64,000 nucleotides of DNA from Octopus bimaculoides (lineage: Eukaryota), in assembly GCF_001194135.2 (NCBI RefSeq), contig NC_069003.1, positions 13,142,061 through 13,206,060 of the forward strand, read 5' to 3'. This document shows, piece by piece, positions 1 to 13,560 of the stretch (the first letter of the stretch is position 1; every line of letters begins with the position of its first letter). Below the pieces are notes generated by a model that did not search any database, was not told where the DNA came from, and saw nothing but the letters and a program-made list of their open reading frames with translations. A program made the position numbers and the translations under genes.

Positions 1-31
<31 letters not shown>

Positions 32-258
32 CGCAAGAGTGGCTGTGTAGTAACAATAAATGGAGCAAAACGCATTTTGCTCCATTTATTGTTATTCATA
101 TCTTCTCAAAATGTATCACTTCAACTTGGTATCTCTGCCTATAAAACGGCTGTGATATCTTGGTTTTTTGTGTAATGTTTGCTACCCATGGTAACTATTA
201 ACATATTTACATTGTCAAAGGTTTTTTAAAACTGAGATAATATTAATATATACATAAA

Positions 259-311
<53 letters not shown>

Positions 312-1299
312 TTTATCTTTTGCCTGTTTCAGTCATTGGACAGCAATCATGCTGCAGTACCACCTTGAAGGGTTTAATCGAACAGATCCAACCCATTTTC
401 TTTTTCTTTAAATCTGGTACCTATTCTATTGGTCACTTTGCCAGCTAAGTTACGGGGACACAAGCAAACTAACATCGGTTGTCAAGCTGTGTAGAGACAA
501 ACAGAAGTACAAAAAGGCACACACACACGACGGGCTTCTTTCAGTTTCTGTCTACCAAATTCGATCACAAGGCTTTACTTGACCCAGGGCTACAGTAGAA
601 GACACTCGCCCAAGATGTCATGCAGTGGGACATCTTCCATGTAGTTGAGAAGCAAACTTCTTACCACAAAGCCACGCCTGCACCATATACTATAATGCGA
701 AATGTAACCCTAACCCTAACCCTGCAGACTGCGATAGCCAATAAAACAGACATAAAATATATTTCTTCGCGGCTCAGTACTAAATGACCCACGGCCCAGC
801 AATATGAAGGCCCCCTGCTGCCTTAGAAGGCATCTCAAGTTCGGGGGCAGGACTAGATCCACCCAGTCTAGTTTAATCAGTGGTTCGCAAACTGATATAT
901 GCTGGCCTTAACACTCGAAAATATTGGTTAAATTTTCTGCCATCCTGTCATTTCTTAATATGGAAACAAAATACGGTTTACAGCTATGGAGTATTTCTCT
1001 GTTCGCCATGGTTTTGGATAAATTTTAAATCATTTTAATTAAATAAGAAATCGGTAGTTTGTCTCTCTATATCCACACACCTCTTCAAGGTTCACAGCTC
1101 CGATCACAACTACCCTTGCCGCTAGAAGGAAGGGAGAAATCGATTACATCGATTCCACTACACAGTTACTACTTATGTTATCGACCCCGAGAGGATGACA
1201 GGCAAAAGTCGACCTCAGCAGAAATTGTACTGAGAGCTTAAAGCCAGGAGAAATAGGAAGCATTTTTGTCTGGCGTATTAACGATTCTAACACCTTGCC

Positions 1300-2600
1300 G
1301 TCTTACAATAATGAATAAATTTGAAATACGTGCGGCGAAGTAGATGTGATGTTTAAGCATTTCCTAGAGTATTTTGTGTATTAAATGATGCTTATCCGCA
1401 TGGAATATCCAATTAGTGAGTTAAATAGTGAAGGTACACTAAACTTAATATAGGAAGTTGTGGTGTTTATGACATTTCTCAAAACCATTAGCAACGTTAA
1501 GTGGCGTGTTAACGGGTTGCTCCAACCGAATATTGACCAGATCAAGCATTTTCGTAATTTGCAATCATAATAGTAACTTATTACGAAGGGAAACGTAACG
1601 AGCTCACCGGATCGTTTGAGTGCCAGCATTTCTTCCGACTTTTCGTCCAGATGTCACCGAGGTCGACTTTCCCTTTCGTCCTTACTAGGGCGTCAAGTAC
1701 CAGTCAAGTACTGAGGTTGAGGTAATCGACTACCCCCCACCCCCACCCCCNNNNNNNNNNNNNNNNNNNNNNNNNNNNNNNNNNNNNNNNNNNNNNNNNN
1801 NNNNNNNNNNNNNNNNNNNNNNNNNNNNNNNNNNNNNNNNNNNNNNNNNNNNNNNNNNNNNNNNNNNNNNNNNNNNNNNNNNNNNNNNNNNNNNNNNNNN
1901 NNNNNNNNNNNNNNNNNNNNNNNNNNNNNNNNNNNNNNNNNNNNNNNNNNNNNNNNNNNNNNNNNNNNNNNNNNNNNNNNNNNNNNNNNNNNNNNNNNNN
2001 NNNNNNNNNNNNNNNNNNNNNNNNNNNNNNNNNNNNNNNNNNNNNNNNNNNNNNNNNNNNNNNNNNNNNNNNNNNNNNNNATATATATTGTTGTCTGTAT
2101 TTTCGAGTCGTAATATTGAAATTAAATTTGATGCTATGAATATAAATTTCACATTCTTTCATAAAAAATATTGTTCACTTTCGTTCTAACAGAGAAGATA
2201 TATACATTTACTAACTCTCTCTCTCTCTCTCTCTCTCTGTAGATAGATAGACAGAGCTGTATGTATGTATTCTACCTCAATCTCTCTATCCGTTTACACT
2301 GTCTTTGAAACGAAAGCAGCAGTTTCAGAAACAGACTTGTACAAAGGAAAGAAAGAACAGAAGAGAAAAGAACGAACGAGAGGGTGAGGGAATAAGCAAG
2401 GAGAGAGAAGGAAGAGATGAACGAGACTTGCCGTGTGGTAGAAGAACCAACGCACGTCTTCGGAATACACAGATCATGATACCCGAATAGGAAGGTGATT
2501 TCTACATATCCGGGTGTCTCCTGTTTTTCTCTATTATTGACTATCAGCGGCGCGCTAACCGGCTTCGAACGCACATCACCATGACCCACAATGAAGCGCG
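1300..2600. promoter_or_regulatory. CpG-enriched putative (bidirectional) promoter region
   Basis: CpG dinucleotides are visibly frequent here (e.g. cagcggcgcgctaaccggcttcgaacgc) compared with the CpG-poor introns; flanked by two outward-pointing ATG exons; interrupted by an N gap (1751-2080). Confidence 0.5.
1608..1629 (-). CDS. Candidate first coding exon (MLALKRS + G, phase 1) of a divergently transcribed gene continuing left of the window
   Basis: Minus strand reads gaagaaATGCTGGCACTCAAACGATCCG|GTGAGC, a good donor in a CpG-retaining zone about 950 bp from the SLC25 ATG. Too short to identify. Confidence 0.4.
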
Positions 2601-2638
2601 TAGCCACTGGTTCAAAGAAGGAGCTATTGGTTTAGGGG
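2581..2638 (+). CDS. SLC25 carrier coding exon 1 (MTHNEARSHWFKEGAIGLG, phase 1)
   Basis: Start context caccATGa in a CpG-rich stretch; donor G|GTAAGT at 2639; G+TT of the next exon gives Val in frame. Confidence 0.88.
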
Positions 2639-2791
2639 GTAAGTTCTATGGAACATTCGTGTCCTCCAAATTTCTCCTTTTTTCTTTGCTTATGTATGTA
2701 TGTGCGTATGTATATATATATATATATTCCAGTTTTTCTGCGTGCACGCATTCAGTGAACACCATATTAATTATACATATATGTCTGTGCG

Positions 2792-2829
<38 letters not shown>

Positions 2830-4923
2830 ATGTATATATGAGTAGCTAGCTGTGTATATACGTAATTTCATATGCTGGTGTGATATTGATAATAGAAAAA
2901 AAGTCCAGTTACTTTATTGTTCTTAACCAAAGGTATCTATTTATTAGCGGTTTATTAAGACCCATTAATTAAAAATAGATACACCTACATAAATATGCCA
3001 AAAAGCACCTTTTGACAACTTAATTCATATTCGCTAATCTCTTTTGTGAAGAAAAAAAAAGGCATGAATACTCCACATCTATTTTCTTCTGGTTCCCTTA
3101 TTTTGCGACAGAGTTGGGCTTTTCACTGATGTTCTGTGCGTTTATTTCCGCCGCAGACTGTTAATAGATTTAATTAATATTGCTCATTTGCGTGGCATGA
3201 ATGACAAATATATTCTTTAAATATTTCATAGATAGATAGATAGATAGATGCGCTCTTCCACACGTGTGTGTGTACGTGTTTTTATGTATGCGATTGTTTA
3301 GTTCCGAAGTCATCTCTTTCTAAACAAAACTGGTCAAAGGCATCCCACCTATGACCACCCTGTCTGTCCTTCTAGCGGACATTGTCTAACAAGGAATACA
3401 TTATCCAATGTGTCTCTTTTTCGAGACGGTAGGGTTATAACTGGAAGATTTCGCTGCTGTTTTTAACAGAGTTAGCAATCAAATAGGCGCTCCGCTATGT
3501 GTGTATTATATATAATGTGCATAAAATTTCATAGATTTGTTTTTTCAATACAGAATATTGTAGTAACAACCCCTCTCTCTCATACACACTCGAATACATA
3601 TATACATACATTCACACACACTCGCGTACGCTTATTCTTATAAATTCGTATACATACACGCATATATATGCACACGTATACATATATAAATTCACATACA
3701 TACATACATACATACACACACACATGTACGTATACACACACACATGTACGTATACACACATACATACACACACGCGTACGTACGCATCCACACACTCGAT
3801 CTCTTTTCCTTTCTGTCAGTACTGTATTGTTATACAGTCTTAATAAGCTGCCCTTGTTGACCCAACCACAATAACAGCAGTAACAGCTTAACAGACCGGT
3901 TAAAAGCCTCAATATTCCTCAAGGATTATGTTACGTGTCTCCGTCGTGGTTGTTCTGCCCGGTCTCAGCTCTCATCCAGCAGGACTTAATTTAATGCTAA
4001 CTACGTGATTTATGTATATTCTATATGAATAGCTGTCTCTAATATAAGCACAAGGCCTGAAATTTTGAAGAGAGAAAATTCGTTAGTCGCCGCGATCAAC
4101 TTCAGTATTTCACTGGAACTTTAACTCTGTTTTATCAGTCGCGAAAGGATGAGAGGTGGAAATGTTTCAGAATAGTTGTAGAGCTGGTGGCCTTCGAAGT
4201 CATGGAAAGGAAAAGGCTGTGTACGTGTGTGTGTGTGTCTGTGTCTTTATAGCCACAGGCGTGGCTGTGGGAACAAGTTTGCTTCCCAACCACATAGTTC
4301 TGGGTTCAGTTTTACTGTGTGGCACTTTGGGCAAGTGTCTTCGACCATAGCCTCGGGTTATAGTGAGTGAATTTGGTAGACGGAAACTGAAAGAAAGTTG
4401 TGTAGGCGTAGGAGTGGCTGCGTGGTAAGTAGCTTACTTACCAACCACATGGTCCCGGGTTCAGTCCCACTGCGTGACACCTTGGGCAAGTGTCTCCTAC
4501 TGTAGCTTCGGGCTGACCAAAGCCCCATGAGGGGATTTGGTAGACGGAAACTGAAAGAAAGTTGTGTAGGCGTAGGAGTGGCTGCGTGGTAAGTAGCNNN
4601 NNNNNNNNNNNNNNNNNNNNNNNNNNNNNNNNNNNNNNNNNNNNNNNNNNNNNNNNNNNNNNNNNNNNNNNNNNNNNNNNNNNNNNNNNNNNNNNNNNNN
4701 NNNNNNNNNNNNNNNNNNNNNNNNNNNNNNNNNNNNNNNNNNNNNNNNNNNNNNNNNNNNNNNNNNNNNNNNNNNNNNNNNNNNNNNNNNNNNNNNNNNN
4801 NNNNNNNNNNNNNNNNNNNNNNNNNNNNNNNNNNNNNNNNNNNNNNNNNNNNNNNNNNNNNNNNNNNNNNNNNNNNNNNNNNNNNNNNNNNNNNNNNNNN
4901 NNNNNNNNNNNNNNNNNNNNNNN

Positions 4924-4958
<35 letters not shown>

Positions 4959-6731
4959 GTGTGTGTCTTTGTCCCCCACCACCGCTTCATAACCAGTGTT
5001 GGTGTGTTTACGTCCCCATAACTTAGGTGCATTGGGCTCACAATCATGAGGTAGTGAGTTCGATTCCTGGACCAGGCTGTGTGTTGTGTTCTTGAGCAAA
5101 ACACTTCATTTCACCTTGCTCCAGTTCACTCAGCTGGTGCCAAGTTGTATCGGCCCCTTTGCTTTTCCCTCGGATAACTTTGGTGTTGTGGAGAGAGGAG
5201 GCTGGTATGTGTGGGCGACTGCTGGTCTTCTATAAACAACTTTGCCTGGACTTATGCTTCAGAGCGGAACTTTGTAGGTGCAATCCCATGGTCATTCATG
5301 ACTGAAGGGCATCTTTAACCTAACATTAGCAGTTCAGCAAAAGAAACTGATAAAATAAGTCCCAAGCTTTAAAAAAAAAAGTCCTGGGATTGATTTGTTC
5401 AACTAAAAACCCTTCAAGGTGGTACCCCAGCATGGCCACAGTCAAAAATGGCTGCAACAAGTAAAAGATCAAAGGTATATATATATATATATATATATNN
5501 NNNNNNNNNNNNNNNNNNNNNNNNNNNNNNNNNNNNNNNNNNNNNNNNNNNNNNNNNNNNNNNNNNNNNNNNNNNNNNNNNNNNNNNNNNNNNNNNNNNN
5601 NNNNNNNNNNNNNNNNNNNNNNNNNNNNNNNNNNNNNNNNNNNNNNNNNNNNNNNNNNNNNNNNNNNNNNNNNNNNNNNNNNNNNNNNNNNNNNNNNNNN
5701 NNNNNNNNNNNNNNNNNNNNNNNNNNNNNATAGGTGCAGGTGTGGCTGTATGATAAGAAGCTTGCTTCCCAACCACATGGTTCTGGGTTTAGCCCCACTG
5801 CATGGCACCTTGGACAAATGTCTTTTACTATAGCCTTGGGCCGACCAAAGCTTTGTGAGTGGATTTGGGGAAGGAAACTGAAAGAAATTCATCAGATATA
5901 TACATATGTATATATAATTTATTTGTGTTTGTGTCTGTTTGTCCCCACCACCACCATCGCTTAACAACTTATGTTGGTGTGTTTACATCCCCATAACTTA
6001 GCAGTTCGGCAAAAGGGCCTGATAGAATAAGTATTAGGCTTATAAGGAATAAGTCCTGGGATCAATTTGTTTGACTAAAACCCCTTAAGGTGGTGCTCCA
6101 TTTGTATTTGCATATAATTTTCTGGACCCAATGGAATCAGGTATTCAAACAGTAAAAGGCACCAAGAGTCGGGGATAATACACCAGAGCACTGACATAGA
6201 CATTACTTACTAAAGTAAATATGGATTTGTCATTCCTGTTATGCACACATTCACAAGCACTGACAGAATACACAGTGTGTATTCAAAGTCACACAGGTGT
6301 ACACTCATGGCATGTATCCCACAGTCTGCTATAGGCTCCAGATCCAAAGTATGGAAGGTTCCGAGTTAGGGGAAGAATAAACAATACCACGGATGGGTTG
6401 AGGTTCACTGCAGCTGTTTCCGACGTGTTCTTTATTGATGAACAAAGTGTTACATCATGCAAAGAAACCATTTACTTCAGGTGGATTAAGAGTAAAATTA
6501 AACACTCAGGATTCCTCACAAAAAGAGCTTAGTGTAAGTTGACCCTCCTGTCCAGGTTACAGCTGGGAGATTTTTCTGCTGAGCGGTTGGTGTTAGGAAG
6601 GGCGTCCAGCTGTGAAAATCCTGCCAAAACAGTCACAGAAGTCTGGTGCAGGCTTCTGCCTGGCTGGCTCCTGTCAAACCATCCCACCCATGCCGGTATG
6701 GAAGGCAGATGTTAAGTGATGATGATGATGA

Positions 6732-6769
<38 letters not shown>

Positions 6770-8074
6770 AAGATTATTTGCCAACATAATATGGCAGTCC
6801 TTATTAGGACGAATGTTACTGTTACTTAGCCCCAGGAAACATTGTCTCCAGCTGGCTATCAACGCACTATCTGCATCCTTATATTTTCAAACAAGGGAGC
6901 TTAGTGTCCCCACTCAGCTCAAAGCAATATGTGTGTACCAATGGTTTCTGTGTTATTTTACTTCATCAGCACAGAATAACTGCTTGGCATAAGACAGGTG
7001 AAAGAAATAAAAAAGTAAGAATGCATGACACGTGGGTTCCCATAGGAGGGGGGTGGGGTGGTATATCAGGTTATTAACCTCAGGTGGAGTTTAATAACCT
7101 CTAGTGCACCCTGCTAAAAGCACCCTGCTAAAAGCACCCTGCTAAAAGCACCCTGCTAAAAGCACCCTGCTAAAAGCACCCCCCAAAGGGCCTGCCTGCC
7201 TGGTGGTAGCAGCGACAATGTTATATTGGGTGTTGGAATAAGTTCATTATCCAAAATGTTCTACGATCCATGGGACAGGCTTCCACACAGTTTCTGTCTA
7301 ACCCAGATGCATTCTCATGGGTTGGGTCAGCCTGACACCAGCCAAGTCTAAGGTGTAGTGGGAACAGGTTCAGAACTGCAGCTGCAAAATAAATTTCTGA
7401 ACCTTGCAGCTGTGACTGCATCTAAAATGTGATATTAATGAATGTTGCAGAGGAAAACCAAGATAGCAACAAACTACACCTAAATATTGGTGTATTCAAT
7501 GTTGTATATTTAAATATATTATTATTATTTTTATTATCATTATTATTATTGTTTCAAATTCCACCAAGGTTGACTTTGCCTTTCATCCTTTTGGGGTCAA
7601 TAAAATAAGTACCAGTGGAGCACTGGGGTCAATATAACCGACTAGCCCCTCCCCAAAATTTCAGGCTTTGTGCTTATAATAGAAAGGATTATTGTTTCCT
7701 GTTTGTATACAGTGTTTATTGCACCTGAACATCTGCCACATACAAAGACTAACTTTGTAGTTAATCTGCCTTTGATATTGCTGCACCTCTTATGTGTCCA
7801 TAGCTTGCACCGGGTACATCTTATAGAGTTACTACCTACTCCTTTACTGCATACTGAGCAGGGCCATCTACCTGAAACACAAACCCCTTCAGAAATTAAG
7901 GGCCCAGGGCAAGGCACACATATAGATGTGTGTTTGCATGTGTGCGCGTGCATATATGAACTTCTCACTATGTATGTGTTAGTGTGTGTGCATCACTCCA
8001 ATATGGTCTAAGCCTTGATAACTGAGAAATCTAAAGAACAAATACACACATTCATACTCACGTGCACACACACA

Positions 8075-8114
<40 letters not shown>

Positions 8115-11100
8115 CACATGCTTTACACACTCACACACATGTACACCTACATGCATTCACTCTTACCATTCATACACTAAGATACCAATTCAGCTAATTA
8201 TGTAAGCATATATTGGATTTGTGTGCACAGGTGTACTACCTGTATAGCTGTGTGTCAATGTCTTACAATGTATGATATGTGTGCGTATGAATATATCTAT
8301 TGTGTATCTGTGTGTGTATGTGTATTTTCATGTGTCCTACATCCAAATATATCAATGCCCATAACTAGAACAATACAAATCTTATTGTACAAAAGATTTC
8401 TTGTTTGTTTCTTTTTCAATGTTACTATTAAAAGGTCTAATCCACATATAAGCATTTGAAAGAGTGGTGAGAGGGGTGGAATTTGTGTGTGGCTTCTGTC
8501 ATTGTCATCTTTATGAATTTGTGGCATTCGTACCTGTCTACATTGTAGTGTGGTGACAGTGATGGTGGTACACCTGTCTACATTGTAGTGTGGTGACAGT
8601 GATGGAGGTACACCTGTCTACATTGTAGTGTGGTGACAGTGATGGAGGTACACCTGTCTACATTGTAGTGTGGTGACAGTGATGGAGGTACACCTGTCTA
8701 CATTNNNNNNNNNNNNNNNNNNNNNNNNNNNNNNNNNNNNNNNNNNNNNNNNNNNNNNNNNNNNNNNNNNNNNNNNNNNNNNNNNNNNNNNNNNNNNNNN
8801 NNNNNNNNNNNNNNNNNNNNNNNNNNNNNNNNNNNNNNNNNNNNNNNNNNNNNNNNNNNNNNNNNNNNNNNNNNNNNNNNNNNNNNNNNNNNNNNNNNNN
8901 NNNNNNNNNNNNNNNNNNNNNNNNNNNNNNNNNNNNNNNNNNNNNNNNNNNNNNNNNNNNNNNNNNNNNNNNNNNNNNNNNNNNNNNNNNNNNNNNNNNN
9001 NNNNNNNNNNNNNNNNNNNNNNNNNNNNNNNNNNNNNNNNNNNNNNNNNNNNNNNNNNNNNNNNNNNNNNNNNNNNNNNNNNNNNNNNNNNNNNNNNNNN
9101 NNNNNNNNNNNNNNNNNNNNNNNNNNNNNNNNNNNNNNNNNNNNNNNNNNNNNNNNNNNNNNNNNNNNNNNNNNNNNNNNNNNNNNNNNNNNNNNNNNNN
9201 NNNNNNNNNNNNNNNNNNNNNNNNNNNNNNNNNNNNNNNNNNNNNNNNNNNNNNNNNNNNNNNNNNNNNNNNNNNNNNNNNNNNNNNNNNNNNNNNNNNN
9301 NNNNNNNNNNNNNNNNNNNNNNNNNNNNNNNNNNNNNNNNNNNNNNNNNNNNNNNNNNNNNNNNNNNNNNNNNNNNNNNNNNNNNNNNNNNNNNNNNNNN
9401 NNNNNNNNNNNNNNNNNNNNNNNNNNNNNNNNNNNNNNNNNNNNNNNNNNNNNNNNNNNNNNNNNNNNNNNNNNNNNNNNNNNNNNNNNNNNNNNNNNNN
9501 NNNNNNNNNNNNNNNNNNNNNNGTGACAGTGATGGAGGTACACCTGTCTACATTGTAGTGTGGTGACAGTGATGGAGGTACGCCTGTCTACATTGTAGTG
9601 CGGTGACAGTGATGGAGGTACGCCTGTCTACATTGTAGTGCGGTGACAGTGATGGAGGTACACCTGTCTACATTGTAGTGTGGTGACAGTGATGGAGGTA
9701 CACCTGTGTACATTGTAGTCTGGTGACAGTGATGGTGGTACACCTGTCTACATTGTAGTGTGGTGACAGTGATGGAGGTACGCCTGTCTACATTGTAANN
9801 NNNNNNNNNNCTGGTGACAGTGATGGTGGTACACCTGTCTACATTGTAGTGTGGTGACAGTGATGGAGGTACGCCTGTCTACATTGTAATGTGGTGACAG
9901 TGATGGAGGTATACCTGTCTACATTGTAGTGTGGTGACAGTGATGGAGGTACGCCTGTCTACATTGTAGTGTGGTGACAGTGATGGAGGTACACCTGTCT
10001 ACATTGTAGTGTGGTGACAGTGATGGAGGTACACCTGTCTACATTGTAGTGTGGTGACAGTGATGGAGGTACACCTGTCTACATTGTAGTNNNNNNNNNN
10101 NNNNNNNNNNNNNNNNNNNNNNNNNNNNNNNNNNNNNNNNNNNNNNNNNNNNNNNNNNNNNNNNNNNNNNNNNNNNNNNNNNNNNNNNNNNNNNNNNNNN
10201 NNNNNNNNNNNNNNNNNNNNNNNNNNNNNNNNNNNNNNNNNNNNNNNNNNNNNNNNNNNNNNNNNNNNNNNNNNNNNNNNNNNNNNNNNNNNNNNNNNNN
10301 NNNNNNNNNNNNNNNNNNNNNNNNNNNNNNNNNNNNNNNNNNNNNNNNNNNNNNNNNNNNNNNNNNNNNNNNNNNNNNNNNNNNNNNNNNNNNNNNNNNN
10401 NNNNNNNNNNNNNNNNNNNNNNNNNNNNNNNNNNNNNNNNNNNNNNNNNNNNNNNNNNNNNNNNNNNNNNNNNNNNNNNNNNNNNNNNNNNNNNNNNNNN
10501 NNNNNNNNNNNNNNNNNNNNNNNNNNNNNNNNNNNNNNNNNNNNNNNNNNNNNNNNNNNNNNNNNNNNNNNNNNNNNNNNNNNNNNNNNNNNNNNNNNNN
10601 NNNNNNNNNNNNNNNNNNNNNNNNNNNNNNNNNNNNNNNNNNNNNNNNNNNNNNNNNNNNNNNNNNNNNNNNNNNNNNNNNNNNNNNNNNNNNNNNNNNN
10701 NNNNNNNNNNNNNNNNNNNNNNNNNNNNNNNNNNNNNNNNNNNNNNNNNNNNNNNNNNNNNNNNNNNNNNNNNNNNNNNNNNNNNNNNNNNNNNNNNNNN
10801 NNNNNNNNNNNNNNNNNNNNNNNNNNNNNNNNNNNNNNNNNNNNNNNNNNNNNNNNNNNNNNNNNNNNNNNNNNNNNNNNNNNNNNNNNNNNNNNNNNNN
10901 NNNNNNNNNNNNNNNNNNNNNNNNNNNNNNNNNNNNNNNNNNNNNNNNNNNNNNNNNNNNNNNNNNNNNNNNNNNNNNNNNNNNNNNNNNNNNNNNNNNN
11001 NNNNNNNNNNNNNNNNNNNNNNNNNNNNNNNGATGGAGGTACACCTGTCTACATTGTAGTGCGGTGACAGTGATGGAGGTACGCCTGTCTACATTGTAGT

Positions 11101-12445
11101 GCGGTGACAGTGATGGAGGTACGCCTGTCTACATTGTAGTGCGGTGACAGTGATGGAGGTACACCTGTCTACATTGTAGTGTGGTGACAGTGATGGAGGT
11201 ACACCTGTCTACATTGTAGTGCGGTGACAGTGATGGAGGTACACCTGTCTACATTGTAGTGTGGTGACAGTGACGGAGGTACACAAATATTTTGGCTATC
11301 TTTCTAAATCCTGCTGCTTTTCACATGGAATTTTGGGTACTCCACAGTCATCCTGGTTTATATGTCGACCTATCTTTTTTGACTGTAAATTTTAGTCTGA
11401 AAAATTTTACTTTTATGCTGGAAAATACAGTATTTTGTAAGCAGAAGTGTACTAAGAGAGTAAGGAAATATTTAGTGTAGGGAAGAATTTTCTCTTGTAG
11501 TGTAAAACAAGGTTTACTCTTAAGTTTATGCAGAGGAAGGTAGAGGGACAAAGTTATAGAAACTTATATACACAGGTGTGGTTGTGTGGTAAGAAGTTTG
11601 CTTCCAACCTCATAGTTCGAGGTTCAGTCCCACTGTGTTGCACCTTGGGCAAGTGTCTTCTGCTATGGCCTTGAGCTGACCAAAGCCTCGTGAGTAGATT
11701 TGGTAGACAGAAACTGAATGAGAGTCATCATCATCATCATCATTGTTTAACGTCCGCTTTCCATGCTAGCATGGGTTGGACGATTTGACTGAGGACTGGC
11801 AAGCCAGAAGGCTGCACCAGGCTCCAATCTGATCTGGCAGAGTTACTACAGCTGGATGCCCTTCCTAATGCCAACCACTCCGAGAGGGTAGTGGGTGCTT
11901 TTACGTTCCACTGGCACGANNNNNNNNNNCAGGCTCCAATCTGATCTGGCAGAGTTACTACAGCTGGATGCCCTTCCTAATGCCAACCACTCCGAGAGGG
12001 TAGTGGGTGCTTTTACGTTCCACTGGCACGAGGGCCAGTCACACAGTACTGGCTATGGCCACGCTCAAAAAGGTGTTTTTTACGTGCCACCTGCACGGGA
12101 GCCAGTCCAGCAGCACTGGCAACGACCGCTGGACTGGCTCCCATGCAGGTGATTATCATTCAATGTCCATTTTCCATGTTGTCATGGGTTGGACAGTTTG
12201 ACAGGAGATGGCCACATCTGAAGAGCTGCCTGGGCTCCATGTCTGATTTGGCATAGTTTCTATGGCTGGATGCCCTTCCTAATGTCAACCACTTTACAGA
12301 GTGTAATGGGTGCCTTTACACAGCACCGGTATATGGGAGTTTCTTTGTGGCACCAGCATAGGTGCTTTTTATGTAGCACTAGCACCCATGAGTCTGCAAG
12401 ATTAGGATCGCTTAGTTGAAGAGGGATTCAGGTGACATGCTTGTG

Positions 12446-12489
<44 letters not shown>

Positions 12490-13518
12490 TTTGTGTCTGT
12501 GTTTGTCCCACCATCACCTGACAACCAGTGTTGGTGTGTTTACATCCCTGCAACTTGGTGGTTTGACAAAAGAGACCAATAGAATAAATACTTGGCTTAA
12601 AAAAAAAAAGTACTGGGTTTGATTCATTCAACTAAAAATTCTTCAATGCAGTGCCCCAGCATGGCCACAGTGTACTGACTGAAGGAAGTAAATGATGTAA
12701 GATAAAGCATTGGTAATCATCTCTTTATGTGGTCGTTCAGACTTCTAGAAACAGCAGCCAAATCTTTTCTAAATCACACCTCTACTCTCTTAGCAAAAAA
12801 GGATATAGAAACATTTTGACCTTTGAGAGAAAAAAAAAAATGAAATGCTAGGGTTTAAAGGTATTTGAGTACATGTCAGCTGCTTTAGGGATTAGGGCCC
12901 CAACAGAAGACACTTACCTGAGGTGCCACACAGTGGGGCTGAACCCAGGTCTTGAAACCAATCTAACCACACTTCAATTAGCCTCACTCACTCACCCATG
13001 CATAAGTGCACTCACTCACGTATGCACTCATTCACTCACTCCTCTACACTCACTCACTCACACTCACGCACATATACTCACTCAGCCACCCAATCAGTCA
13101 AGTACTCAGCTGGGACTTATTCCATTACCTCCCCACTGCCACAGAGTATTTGAAAGGCAGTGTTGACATTGGTTGCATTTTTCTCCAAAGCTGCCTGGCC
13201 TTGACTTCACACTTCAAACAACTCTTTTCATTTCCTCTATTCTAATCCCTGTGCAAATGTGCATATGTATGCATGCATATATGTGTGTGTGTGTGCATAT
13301 CTGTATACAATAATGTATGTATATGTGCTGTATATATGTATGCATCAAAAAATATGCCTGCATATATACATATGTATGCATTAGATATATATGCATATCT
13401 AATGTGCATGTATACATGTGTGCATACTTATATATAATAATGTGTATATGTGCATATATATATGCATGCATATATGTATGTGTGCATATCAATGTATAAT
13501 AATGTGAATGTGTACATG

Positions 13519-13560
<42 letters not shown>

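Noticed and set aside
705-722. Interstitial telomere repeat (TAACCC)3
   Set aside because: Only three units; too short to be meaningful.
4380-4597. Head-to-tail SINE-A array with identical junctions
   Set aside because: It abuts an N gap and cannot be distinguished from misassembly; low information.
8530-11284. CRISPR-like array (40-bp palindromic repeats)
   Set aside because: Units are contiguous with no unique spacers, there are no cas genes, and the context is a eukaryotic intron.
11820-12030. Tandem duplication of a ~100-bp retroelement segment
   Set aside because: Identical copies flank a 10-N gap, typical of a scaffolding overlap artefact.
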